Below, one piece after another: positions 9,743-20,064 of a DNA stretch of 64,000 bases (position 1 is its first letter; every line of letters starts with the position of its first letter). A program made the position numbers and the translations under genes. Source of the DNA: Promethearchaeota archaeon (lineage in GTDB: Archaea; Asgardarchaeota; Lokiarchaeia; Sigyniarchaeales; SOKP01); NCBI GenBank assembly GCA_016839555.1, contig JAEOUA010000003.1, positions 320,001 to 384,000 of the forward strand. Reading direction: 5' to 3'. The notes under the pieces are model-generated. The model saw only the letters and a list, made by a program, of their open reading frames with translations. It made no database searches and was not told the DNA's origin.

Positions 9743-10438
9743 TTATTTTTTATTTTTTTCATAGCCACATTTAGGGCATATAAGTTTTCCAAACCCTATA
9801 CGATATCCTTCTAATTCTTTCATAAAAGAACCACATATGGGACATTTTGGAGCATAATTGGGAAACCATTGACCTTTTACATTCGGTTGTTCTTTTAAAA
9901 AGTTAGAAAAGCGAATTCTTTCAAGAAATTTATCAGCAATATTAAAGTCCTTGCTCTCTTCAGCAATAGATTTTCCTTGAGCATATAATAATGTCAGAAA
10001 TGAAATATTATTTGGATTATTGAGTAATGAAAGTGTTTTAATGATACTTTCTTTTTTATGAATTGAAAATAATTTAACTAATTCTAATGGTGCTAACGCA
10101 ACCAAAACAGCCATTATTTTATCATTTTTTTTGACTTTCTGAAAAAGAAACTGATACATTCTCCTTTGTTTATCTTGTGCCCACAGGAAATTCCAGTTTT
10201 GAATTGTATAATCTTTGTTATGGGGATCAATGATTCTTTTAATTGTTTTGTAAAAAGTATAGTGGGAATATTCCTTAATATTTATATTAAGATCAGTGAA
10301 AAAATTTGATCCTATAATTGGATACTTATCAAATATATTCAGAATAGACATCAAGCGTACCTTAGAAAGAGTTTCTGTCTGTAATCTATCCCACGGTGTA
10401 TATGTTAAGAGATTCCAATATAAGGTTTGATTTTTCAT
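9743..10438 (-). CDS. Hypothetical protein with C-terminal zinc ribbon
   Basis: 231 aa ORF ending CPICG..CPKCG. Confidence 0.7.
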   Translation of the reverse strand: MKNQTLYWNLLTYTPWDRLQTETLSKVRLMSILNIFDKYPIIGSNFFTDLNINIKEYSHYTFYKTIKRIIDPHNKDYTIQNWNFLWAQDKQRRMYQFLFQKVKKNDKIMAVLVALAPLELVKLFSIHKKESIIKTLSLLNNPNNISFLTLLYAQGKSIAEESKDFNIADKFLERIRFSNFLKEQPNVKGQWFPNYAPKCPICGSFMKELEGYRIGFGKLICPKCGYEKNKK

Positions 10439-10533
10439 TTTTTTGTTTTACAATCAATTATAATAATATTTTAAATTAGATGATCAGTAAAAAATCACAT
10501 TCTCAAGTTCATTTTCTATTTTAAAAATCTCAT

Positions 10534-10947
10534 TTATAACTTATCCAATGATGATATCAATTTATATTGATCTAATGATAATTTATCTTTAACAACCTCA
10601 AAAAGCTCTAAAAGTACATTATCAGGAGCTGCTGCCATAATATATTTCATAGGACCAAAACTCTTAATTTTCTTTATAAATTGAAAGCCCTTACTCTTCA
10701 TATGTTCTACGAGAGCTTCTAAATCATCAGTTTCAATTCCTAAATGATGTATAGCCCCTCGCCCTTGATCTTTAGGTGGTTGATCAAAGAAATTAATTCT
10801 TGATGAACCAATCCGTATCATTACATTTCGCGCTCCTGCCATTTCCAAATCGAATAAAATTTTAGCCCCAAACATTTCTTTGTAAAAATTGATGCTTTCA
10901 TCAAGATTGGAAGCAAATAAATGAGCATGGTGTAGTGAATTTCTCAT
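10534..10947 (-). CDS. VOC/glyoxalase family protein
   Basis: LHHAHL..FYKEMFG..IHHLGIETDDL..APDNVLLELFE. Confidence 0.9.
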   Translation of the reverse strand: MRNSLHHAHLFASNLDESINFYKEMFGAKILFDLEMAGARNVMIRIGSSRINFFDQPPKDQGRGAIHHLGIETDDLEALVEHMKSKGFQFIKKIKSFGPMKYIMAAAPDNVLLELFEVVKDKLSLDQYKLISSLDKL

Positions 10948-11148
10948 AATTTCCTCACATTTAATTATAAATTCTAAATATTCTTATTTTAAATAAATTA
11001 ATAATTTTTTTACAATCAATTAAGTATTATCTTAAATAAAAAAGGCTTCGATAGTGGGATAGGGAACTTTTTTCATTAAATAAAATATTTTTTAAATCTA
11101 AAAAGAATATTTAATTCTTTTTGTAAATTTTATAAATAAGACCCTATT

Positions 11149-12297
11149 ATGGATTTTTTATGGGATACTAAGGCGGACAGAATTACAAAAGGAGATAACT
11201 TGCGGGAGATTATACCAATTGAAATAAAAGAAAATCAAAAAGGATACACCCACTATATTTTTGATAAAAAACTATTTAACAATCCTTTTTATGATATTCC
11301 GGATGATAAATTTATGCTTTTTAAAAGTTTTTTAAATGGTGGTTCAAGATCATATCCTTCTGATGGAAATATTCCTTGCGATGTTATCGCGAGGGAGGCA
11401 AGAAAAGTTCTCAATAAAATTAAGGATTATGCTAAAAATCCCAATTCTAGATACTATGAAAAAGCAAATGATGCATTAAAACATGGCAAAAAAAGCTTAG
11501 TAAGAGGAACTTTAAAATTATATTTAGGAAAATATACTACCAGAGATTGGCGCAGAAAACGGTTTACAGATGATATCGACTTCTGGATCTTTCATTTTGA
11601 CATGTTAGAAGCCGCTTTAAATGATTGCGGATTTATAAAGAATAAACTTACTAAAGAATGGGAAAAAAGAATTTCCTGGTATAATAAAAAAACTGGGGAA
11701 ACTCATCATGATATTTTATATGCTGCCAACAATATTAATCAAATATTAGATTTTGGTTCGGGGAGCTATTTAATAGGAGCTAGCTTGAGTGATATAGTTC
11801 ATAAAAAAATTAAACGAGGGCATGATGTTGATATCTCCGATTTAATTAATATTGCAATGATTCAGAACCATCAGAAATTAGATTCACGAGAAGAATGGGC
11901 TGAAGCTTGGAATGCATTTGAAGAAGAAGCGAATACAAGAAATAAAAGAACCATCTCGAATATGATAAGTTTATGTCGTTATGCTTATGCTGTTGCAGAT
12001 CACTTAGAGAATGTTAGCAATGCGATTCAGCAATATCACGATTTAATTTATGATGATTTGGAATATCCCGAAGATATGATACAAGAGATTTGTAAAAATA
12101 TTTCAATTCATTGGGAAAATTATTTGGAAGTCCATGGAACAAACGCTACTAGAGAGATGATACACGAATTCTTACTTGAGCAACAAAAGGAGAGACCAGA
12201 ACTCGCTAATAATTTAAGGCAGTTTGCTCAGAGAATATTAACCTTAATAAATTCTAGATTTACTCATCAAAAAGTAGTTTTTAAAATTAAAAAGTAA
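11149..12297 (+). CDS. Putative nucleotidyltransferase (AbiEii/DUF1814-like motifs)
   Basis: LVRGT..RFTDDIDF catalytic-type motif and KKIKRGHDVDISDL C-terminal motif. Confidence 0.55.
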   Translation: MDFLWDTKADRITKGDNLREIIPIEIKENQKGYTHYIFDKKLFNNPFYDIPDDKFMLFKSFLNGGSRSYPSDGNIPCDVIAREARKVLNKIKDYAKNPNSRYYEKANDALKHGKKSLVRGTLKLYLGKYTTRDWRRKRFTDDIDFWIFHFDMLEAALNDCGFIKNKLTKEWEKRISWYNKKTGETHHDILYAANNINQILDFGSGSYLIGASLSDIVHKKIKRGHDVDISDLINIAMIQNHQKLDSREEWAEAWNAFEEEANTRNKRTISNMISLCRYAYAVADHLENVSNAIQQYHDLIYDDLEYPEDMIQEICKNISIHWENYLEVHGTNATREMIHEFLLEQQKERPELANNLRQFAQRILTLINSRFTHQKVVFKIKK

Positions 12298-12525
12298 AAA
12301 TCAGATTCTTAATTTAATCATATTTTCACCTTATCAAATTTTTTAGTGATCATTATAATATGCTAATAATATTTAGATAATATGCTGATATATAGGAATA
12401 TTCTTGAAACACACCTTTCACGAATAAAAGGTTTAAGGTATAAAAAATTGATTTATATTTTAATAAGCATTCTATCAATTCAATTATTAAATTAATAAAA
12501 TAATCAAAATAGATAGGTTAAAAAA

Positions 12526-13173
12526 ATGGTGTTACTATTTCCAGATGCAACCCAAAAAGCTCTTAGTATCCTCAGGAGCGGTCAAAATTTCAATTTTTAT
12601 GTTATTTTTCTCTTAGTGGCAGTTTTATATATCTATTTTAATGAAATACACAATAAAAACTGGAATGGTATCGCTTCTGGATTGATGTTATATATGATAC
12701 ATTGGTTTGTCGAAATTATAAATGCTGTTATTCAATTCTTTTCTGGATATGCCTTATGGACGATTCCAACCGGTACCGCTTATCTAATTCTAATAGGGTT
12801 AGGAATTGAATTAAATCTAATGTTCTCTATCGCAGGATTGGCTCAGAGTAAATTATTGCCCGAGGATCCCAAGGAAAAAATATTTGGGATTCCTAAACCA
12901 CTCTTGATTGGCATTGCTAATGCTGCATTTGCTTCTATCATTGAAATTTTCTTGATAATGACACCTACTTTTGTGTGGGTCTATTGGTGGTGGAATGCGA
13001 TTACTGTCTTTATTTTTGTCTACATACCTTTTTTCGTAGGGGCAGCATATGCATATTATTGGGAGAAAGATAAACAAAAGAAGATCATTGGATCACTTGC
13101 ATTAATAAATGTCATACTATTAGTTATTTTCACTGTAATTTTGCCTTTAATTTTAGGAAGAGTAGTTATCTAA
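12526..13173 (+). CDS. Integral membrane hypothetical protein
   Basis: 215 aa with about 6 hydrophobic segments; AGGT SD-like motif upstream. Confidence 0.75.
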   Translation: MVLLFPDATQKALSILRSGQNFNFYVIFLLVAVLYIYFNEIHNKNWNGIASGLMLYMIHWFVEIINAVIQFFSGYALWTIPTGTAYLILIGLGIELNLMFSIAGLAQSKLLPEDPKEKIFGIPKPLLIGIANAAFASIIEIFLIMTPTFVWVYWWWNAITVFIFVYIPFFVGAAYAYYWEKDKQKKIIGSLALINVILLVIFTVILPLILGRVVI

Positions 13174-13320
13174 AATTTTCTATTTTTTATTTCTTTTAAT
13201 TTATTTATTCTTTCGCTAAATTCAAAGAAAAAGAAAGCTAGTTAGGATTAATTTCTATATTCTATAAAATTAATATTTTTTAGTATAAATAGAGTTTAAT
13301 ATCTTAATAATGAAGGAATT

Positions 13321-14160
13321 TTGGTGATAAATTTGGAATTAACTATTAATTCAAAGGTCGAATTAAACAATGGAGTATCCATACCTCGTTTAGGATTTGG
13401 AACTTGGAAATTAAAAGGAGAGATGGCTTATAACCCAGTAAGATGGGCATTAGAAATTGGATATCGATCTATCGATACTGCCAAATTATACGGAAATGAA
13501 ACCTATGTGGGGAAGGCAATCCATGATAGTAAAGTATCAAGAGAGCAACTTTTCATCACCACGAAGGTATGGGATTCGGATTTAGGATATCAAAAAACTC
13601 TAAAAGCTTTTGATACGAGTCTTAGCAAGTTAAAATTAGATTATATCGATTTATACTTAATACATTGGCCCCGTAAACTCCGAAATGAATCATGGAAAGC
13701 AATGGTAGAATTATATGAACAAGGAAGAGTAAAAGCTATTGGAGTAGCAAATTTCGCAATTAAACATCTAAAAGAATTTTTGAATAAATCAGAAATTATT
13801 CCCGCCATAAATCAGTTCGAATTGCATCCGTTGTTATTTTCGCAACAAATAAAGCTAATAGAATTCTGCAAAAACAATGAGATCCAAATAGAGGCATATA
13901 GCCCATTAACACATGGAAAAAAATTAAACAATCCAAAAATCAAATCTATAGCACAAAAATATGATAAAAGCCCAGCTCAAATTTTGATTCGCTGGAGTTT
14001 ACAGCACGATTTTGTAGTCATTCCAAAATCAGGCAAAAAAGATCATATAAAGGAAAATGCAGAAGTTTTTGATTTTAAAATTTCTGAAAAAGATATGAAA
14101 GAGCTTGATTCTTTGAAAGAGCGGTTTCGATTATTATATAATACAAGTACTTGGGATTAA
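13321..14160 (+). CDS. Aldo/keto reductase (2,5-DKG reductase/YvgN-like)
   Basis: LGFGTW, DTAKLYGNE, LFITTKVW, DLYLIHWP, IPKS. Confidence 0.95.
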   Translation: MVINLELTINSKVELNNGVSIPRLGFGTWKLKGEMAYNPVRWALEIGYRSIDTAKLYGNETYVGKAIHDSKVSREQLFITTKVWDSDLGYQKTLKAFDTSLSKLKLDYIDLYLIHWPRKLRNESWKAMVELYEQGRVKAIGVANFAIKHLKEFLNKSEIIPAINQFELHPLLFSQQIKLIEFCKNNEIQIEAYSPLTHGKKLNNPKIKSIAQKYDKSPAQILIRWSLQHDFVVIPKSGKKDHIKENAEVFDFKISEKDMKELDSLKERFRLLYNTSTWD

Positions 14161-14225
14161 ATTAAAATTAGGTTAAACCTTAATGAGATATTAATTTAGG
14201 AATAAAAAATAAAATATGATTAAAA

Positions 14226-15050
14226 ATGAATTCAACTAGAACCTTAACTTATACGCTTAATAATAATATAAAAATCCCAAGGATAGGTTTTGGAACGTGG
14301 GCTTTAAACGGTAAAGTTGCGATCGAAGCAGTCAAATGGGCTCTCCAAGAGGGGTATAGATTAATAGATACTGCATCTTTTTATGGGAATGAGGCTGAAA
14401 TTGGAAGAGCGATAAAGGAAAGTTCTATACCAAGAGAGGATTTATTCATTACCACAAAAGTATGGGATACAGAACAAGGATATGATGAAACATTTAAAGC
14501 TTTTGAAAGAAGTGTAATTAACTTACAAATGGATTACATTGATTTATATTTAATTCATTGGCCAAGAGCAAAGCGTTTAAAAACTTGGAAAGCAATGGAA
14601 GAGTTATATGAACAAGGAAGTGCAAAAAGCATTGGAGTAAGTAATTTTACTCCCGATCATCTAAAAGAATTATTAGCAAATTCTACGATTACTCCAGTTA
14701 TTAATCAAGTTGAATTTACTCCTTTTCTTTATCAAAAAGAATTATTGGACTTTTGTACAAAACATAAGATTAAAATAGAAGCATATTCTCCCCTTACAAA
14801 AGCTAAAAAACTCAATAATCAAATCTTGCAAGAAATTAGTAATAAGTATAATAAAACCCCAGCTCAAATTTTAATTCGGTGGGGATTAGAACATAATTTA
14901 ATTGAAATCCCAAGATCAAAAAATAAAACACATATCTCTGAAAATATTAATGTTTTTGATTTCAGTATTAATAAAGAAGATATGAAAAAGCTTGATAATT
15001 TTAATGAGAATTTTCGAAATGTAAAAGATATTGTATTTTCATCGGGTTAA
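14226..15050 (+). CDS. Aldo/keto reductase, tandem paralog
   Basis: Same motifs: IGFGTW, DTASFYGNE, DLYLIHWP, IPRS. Confidence 0.95.
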   Translation: MNSTRTLTYTLNNNIKIPRIGFGTWALNGKVAIEAVKWALQEGYRLIDTASFYGNEAEIGRAIKESSIPREDLFITTKVWDTEQGYDETFKAFERSVINLQMDYIDLYLIHWPRAKRLKTWKAMEELYEQGSAKSIGVSNFTPDHLKELLANSTITPVINQVEFTPFLYQKELLDFCTKHKIKIEAYSPLTKAKKLNNQILQEISNKYNKTPAQILIRWGLEHNLIEIPRSKNKTHISENINVFDFSINKEDMKKLDNFNENFRNVKDIVFSSG

Positions 15051-15146
15051 ATCTTTTTCATCTTATTTAATATTTACATCTCTTCAACTTTTTAAAAATA
15101 AAATAATAAAAATTTAAATTAATTAATCATTAGTTAATTCTTAGAG

Positions 15147-15650
15147 GTGAATAATATGAGTCAACAAAAAACTGAAGGAGAATGGGAATCAAAAAATAAG
15201 TTCGTTATTACTCTCGGTACATGGGCGTGGTTATTTAGTCTAGCGAACGGTATAGTATATCTTATATGGGGAATAGTTATTATATTTGTCCAGACTAGGG
15301 TAACATCACAGGTCCCCTTTGATATCTTTTCTATTTTTCAACCTGTAAGAGTAGCATGGTATTCAAGTCGCGGAATCGGATTTTATTATCTTATCGGAGG
15401 GGCGATTAATATAGTATTTTCAATAGCCATAATAAAATTTAGATTTTCAGACAAAATAAAAGCTCGAGATTGGGATTTTCTCTATGAAAAAGATATTCTC
15501 AAATTAGGCAGTGTGAGATTCCCACTAATGCTTCTATGGGGTATTCTTTTAGCCGTATTTGGATGGGGATGGGGAGGAGCGCTTGTATTGATTGTTGCAT
15601 TTTGGTTGATCTTTGCGGGACCAAGAGAATACCAATGGAAGGAAAGTTAA
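15147..15650 (+). CDS. Membrane hypothetical protein
   Basis: Three to four hydrophobic segments, GWGWGG motif, GAGGTG SD (so the true start may be the ATG at 15156). Confidence 0.7.
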   Translation: MNNMSQQKTEGEWESKNKFVITLGTWAWLFSLANGIVYLIWGIVIIFVQTRVTSQVPFDIFSIFQPVRVAWYSSRGIGFYYLIGGAINIVFSIAIIKFRFSDKIKARDWDFLYEKDILKLGSVRFPLMLLWGILLAVFGWGWGGALVLIVAFWLIFAGPREYQWKES

Positions 15651-15718
15651 ATAAATTATTAATATCTACTTTTTTTTCTATATTATTATTTATTTTTTTT
15701 TTGAATACGAAAAAACAA

Positions 15719-16594
15719 CTATAACATTAAAGATATAGCTAATAAAAACGCGCCATATATCTCGTTTAAAGCTCCCACTCTAGAAGTATCGATTACAATC
15801 TTTTCTAATCCCATATAAATTGCTCCATATGCTTTTCCCCCTCCTAAATGCACTAAAGTTCTATAAATTAAATTACCTGATATTCCGTCGGGAGCAATTA
15901 TTAAATTAGCATTATTGTCAATGGCTTTTTCTATTAATATTTCATCATGTGATATTCTAATACTAGGAAAAATCCCTCGAATTAATTTTATTATTTCTTT
16001 AGCTTGATTTATTGTCTTATCCACCCGCTCATCTCTTCCAATATCGCTCGTTCTTCCTCCGCTTAAAATGCTTACCTTTGGACTGATCTCTAATGCGTGT
16101 AATTGATTCACCGCAGCTTCTATAAAATTCATTTTTGACCTTAAATCATTACATTCATCAATACCTACTGGCCCATAGAAGAATTGATATCCACTATTGG
16201 TTTCAAGTAAGGCTAAGCGATTAATAACTGGCACATGTAATTTTTCTACTACTAAGGGTAAAAATTCGGAGGAACTAATGCCTCCTCTGACTATAGCATT
16301 TAATGTATTTGTATTTAAGTAATTAAATAAGTCTATGGCAGGATTTTGAGTATTTATTAATTTAATTTTCCTTCTGTATTTTGAATAACTTGAATTTACA
16401 GAGATACGATCTATATATTCCTCTTCTCCAAAGAAATAGATTTGAATATCCTCGTTTTTCTCAAATTGATTTAGAAATTTTATTGCAGCATATAGGATCT
16501 TTTTGTTTTGAAATTCTGAACTATTACTTAACCCTATACCTATTTTTGCTGTTGAAATTTCCGTTTCTCTTATAATTTGGTTTATTATACTCAT
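15719..16594 (-). CDS. mtxX: MtxX / methanogenesis marker protein 4 family
   Basis: AIVRGG, RLALLE..FFYGPVGIDE, ILSGGR..DIGR, EILIE, APDGISGNLIYRTL, VIDTSR. Confidence 0.85.
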   Translation of the reverse strand: MSIINQIIRETEISTAKIGIGLSNSSEFQNKKILYAAIKFLNQFEKNEDIQIYFFGEEEYIDRISVNSSYSKYRRKIKLINTQNPAIDLFNYLNTNTLNAIVRGGISSSEFLPLVVEKLHVPVINRLALLETNSGYQFFYGPVGIDECNDLRSKMNFIEAAVNQLHALEISPKVSILSGGRTSDIGRDERVDKTINQAKEIIKLIRGIFPSIRISHDEILIEKAIDNNANLIIAPDGISGNLIYRTLVHLGGGKAYGAIYMGLEKIVIDTSRVGALNEIYGAFLLAISLML

Positions 16595-16860
16595 TTTTAG
16601 ATATATATACCTTCTTTAAACGAGTTTTTTATTACGTATGTATATAATAAATTTTTATTATTATTAAATGATATAAAAACCAGAAGTTTTATTGGTAATA
16701 GACTTTTATTTTTAAATTTAAGTCTTAAACTAAAATTACTAATATTTTGGATAAGATACAATAATTTTTTTAAGATTTATTATTATTTGAATTTAAATCA
16801 AAAAAAACTTTTATGATCTTATTTATAATTTAAAATAATAGATTAGTTTAAAGATTCATA

Positions 16861-18129
16861 ATGAATATTGAAAAGAAAAACGGGATTTATGAATTTAAAT
16901 CAAAACTTATTGATAAAAATTTATACAAACCAAAAAAGAAAAATTACTTTTATTGGATTGATATAAATAGAGGTTTTTCCATTATATGTTTAGTCTTGAC
17001 TCATTCTGGATTTGCGGCCCATCTTAGTAGATTAACTTATCCTAATTTCTATATTTTTGATTTATTTCATTATCTTGTTATTCCTATATTTATATTTTTA
17101 TCTGGATATGCGATGGCAATTAATTATCCTCAAATCGATAATTATAAAGTATACTTAAAAAAAAAATTAAAATATATTGTACCAAATTATCTTATATGGG
17201 GTTTTATTACCGTATTTTTTACCTTTTGCTGGAGTTATATAAATAATAATCAAATAGGCAAATTATTCAATATTAAAGAGATTCTATTTTTATTAATTAA
17301 TAGTTTCTTTTTAGTTATTACCGGAGTTGTGAATGTAATATATTTTGTCTTTTTTATAATTCAATTTTATATAATATATCCTATACTATTAAAAATCATG
17401 AATAAATTCAAAAAACCTCAATTTTTCTATTTTGTTAGTCTTCTAATTATAATATTTTTAATTTATTTTCTTGAAAGATATTTTGGAATTTTTAATTTCA
17501 CTAAATTTAATTTTACTATCCAATTTGATTCAGAGCATACATTTGATGTTTATCCTTTTTGTGGTATATTTTTTGCTCCAAATTCTTTGATATTCCTTTC
17601 TGTTTTTATCTTAGGTATGGTTTGTGGAAAGAATAAAAAAATTTTATCCACAATTAAACATAATAAATTAATTATAATCTTTTTATTAGTCATATTCTCA
17701 CTATATCTATTTCTTGGTCCTTGTGTAAATCATCTTTTTTCAGCCCCAATAGTACTAGTTATTGTTTCTTTTTTTTATAAAATGACCCTAAAATCAAATA
17801 CTAATATTAATGAGAAAAAAAATATAAAAAATAATTTGAAAACAAATCAAAATAATTTAAATTTAAAAATTGAATTTGTTAAAGAAAAAAGTAAAAATGT
17901 TTTATGGAAATTAGGAATTAACTCAGCAGGTATATATTATGTTCATTCTCTATTTGCTCCAATAATACAAATAACAACTTTTTTTATAGGTAATTTAACA
18001 GGTTATTTACTCCCTATTCTTGTATTAACTAGTATTGGTCTAACTATTCTATTATTAGTTTTAAGTAATCTTTTAGTGAATTTTATAAAGAAAAAAGTAG
18101 ATAGATCAAGATATATTATAGGAAGTTAA
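16861..18129 (+). CDS. Acyltransferase-3 family membrane O-acyltransferase
   Basis: WIDINRGFSI..H, IPIFIFLSGY, QFYIIYP, LGINSAGIYYVH; about 10 TM segments. Confidence 0.85.
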   Translation: MNIEKKNGIYEFKSKLIDKNLYKPKKKNYFYWIDINRGFSIICLVLTHSGFAAHLSRLTYPNFYIFDLFHYLVIPIFIFLSGYAMAINYPQIDNYKVYLKKKLKYIVPNYLIWGFITVFFTFCWSYINNNQIGKLFNIKEILFLLINSFFLVITGVVNVIYFVFFIIQFYIIYPILLKIMNKFKKPQFFYFVSLLIIIFLIYFLERYFGIFNFTKFNFTIQFDSEHTFDVYPFCGIFFAPNSLIFLSVFILGMVCGKNKKILSTIKHNKLIIIFLLVIFSLYLFLGPCVNHLFSAPIVLVIVSFFYKMTLKSNTNINEKKNIKNNLKTNQNNLNLKIEFVKEKSKNVLWKLGINSAGIYYVHSLFAPIIQITTFFIGNLTGYLLPILVLTSIGLTILLLVLSNLLVNFIKKKVDRSRYIIGS

Positions 18130-18198
18130 AAAGTTTGGTGATTTTAATTTTATAATAATCTTATATTCATTCTTAATTAATATTTAAAAACAATAATA

Positions 18199-18732
18199 TT
18201 AATTTATTTTAGATTTAAGATTTGTAAATTTTGCTACTTTTCTCCATCTAACATTTAACTGAGCATCAAAATAAATCAAAAGAGCATGAAATGGATATTT
18301 TTCAGATGAATGAATATGTAAATAATCAAACGGAAAGTTATTAATTTTAGAAAAGTCTATTCCTTCAAAATCGATATCTTTAACATATATCTTTTTTTCA
18401 CATAAAGGACACGTCGTTAAGAGTTTTTCAGACTTAATCTTAATTATAGAAGAATTATTCCCTTTCTCTATAATGATATCAGAAAAATTTAATTTAGATG
18501 AATTCATTTTCTTTTCTTCATTTTTTAGGCTATTGAATTGATCCGCTTTTCTATGTCGATAAAAATGTTTAAAATCTCCTAAAATTGATGCTTTTAACTT
18601 TTCTTTAGTTAAATATAATCCATTATTTAAAATATAGTGCCCAAAAAGAAATCCTTGTTTATAATATTCGAAAAAAAGGGCTTTTAATTTCTTAAAAAAA
18701 TTATTATCTTTATTTAATAATATTTCTTTCAT
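18199..18732 (-). CDS. Hypothetical protein with C-terminal CxxC..HxH..H metal-binding domain (true start may be 18507)
   Basis: CPLC..FPFDYLHIH..HALLIYFDAQLNVR. The N-terminal 75 codons are poorly supported. Confidence 0.6.
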   Translation of the reverse strand: MKEILLNKDNNFFKKLKALFFEYYKQGFLFGHYILNNGLYLTKEKLKASILGDFKHFYRHRKADQFNSLKNEEKKMNSSKLNFSDIIIEKGNNSSIIKIKSEKLLTTCPLCEKKIYVKDIDFEGIDFSKINNFPFDYLHIHSSEKYPFHALLIYFDAQLNVRWRKVAKFTNLKSKIN

Positions 18733-18855
18733 ACAAATTTGGATTAAAAAATATGTTTAAATATTACACATATATTCAAGATTGTAGTATTTTAGATTTA
18801 TTAAGATAATGATTTTAAAACAATTCAATCCTCTAAAAGAATTAGTTTTTTTGTG

Positions 18856-19989
18856 TCATTTTTTGTATTTCTTCAAAAAAGAATATGAAATAAAGGACAT
18901 AAATGAAATAGCCATAATTGCAATAAAATATATTAAAAGCATGGTTAATGGAAAGTTATAGAAAATAAAAGCCATTATTACAGTTAAAGCATTATATACG
19001 CCATGAGTAATAATTGGGGCTATTAAATTTTCGTTTCGCCAGTTAAATAAATATCCTAATAAAAGAGATATCAAAAGGTAAGGAATTAATAGAATAATAA
19101 AAGATAGAATGCTTGAAAGTGGGGAAGTTGTTATATCCCCAAAAACGGTTAATACATGAATCAGAGTAAAAATTATTGCCGTAATCCAGATTCCCTTTTT
19201 TTTATTATAACTTCTAACTAATCCCCGCTGCATAAATCCCCGAAATGCTATTTCTTCTGAAGGACCTATTACTACTATCATTATGATGGATAATAATATG
19301 ATTTCAAAGATATTTGTTGATATACCAAGGAGTTCTACATCAGAATTTGGGATTTGAGCGGGAATAATGCTTGAAATAGATAAAAAGGGACCAAATAAAA
19401 ACTCTAATAAAAGTGAAAGCAAATTAACTATAATAACACTTATTATAGCACATCCGATACCAAGTAGTGCTTCTTTTAATATAAAAAATTTATCTTCTTT
19501 ATTAGAATAAAGCCCTAAAAACTTAAATCTATTCTTCAAGGTAGGATTTTGAAGATATTGACCCACATATAAAACGGGAACAATCATAAATACTAGCTCA
19601 GTAAGGGAAATTATTGATATAAAAAGCGGGGATATAATAAGATTTAATAAGGAAAGCGAGATTAAACCTAAAAAAACTAATAAAATTATTATTACACCCA
19701 AAATTTGCCCCATAATAACTAAACTAATAAGTGGCCAAAAAATAGACGCTTTCGGTCTCCAGAATTCTCTCGTAGTATTTGTTATCTCCTCATCTTTTAA
19801 CTTATACTTATTAACTATTTGAAAAGAGGGAGGGGGCATTTTCTGTTTCGAAGGTATTGATTTCAATGATTTAAACTCTAATCCACATGATATGCAAAAA
19901 CGGATTTCTTTTTGAGATTCTGGAAGCCTTTCTCCACAGCGGGGACAAAAATTCCATTTTAATTCTTTATTTCTTGAATTATTGGACAA
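18856..19989 (-). CDS. CPBP (CAAX/Abi) intramembrane metalloprotease with N-terminal zinc ribbon
   Basis: EEIAFRG, FTLIH and HGVYN motifs; N-terminal CPRCG..CISCG. Confidence 0.9.
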   Translation of the reverse strand: MSNNSRNKELKWNFCPRCGERLPESQKEIRFCISCGLEFKSLKSIPSKQKMPPPSFQIVNKYKLKDEEITNTTREFWRPKASIFWPLISLVIMGQILGVIIILLVFLGLISLSLLNLIISPLFISIISLTELVFMIVPVLYVGQYLQNPTLKNRFKFLGLYSNKEDKFFILKEALLGIGCAIISVIIVNLLSLLLEFLFGPFLSISSIIPAQIPNSDVELLGISTNIFEIILLSIIMIVVIGPSEEIAFRGFMQRGLVRSYNKKKGIWITAIIFTLIHVLTVFGDITTSPLSSILSFIILLIPYLLISLLLGYLFNWRNENLIAPIITHGVYNALTVIMAFIFYNFPLTMLLIYFIAIMAISFMSFISYSFLKKYKK

Positions 19990-20064
19990 TTCTGTTCCTC
20001 TTAGTTATTTAAATTATAATATTAATATTGTTATAGTATTTTAAACCTTTATCTTATGAAAATT

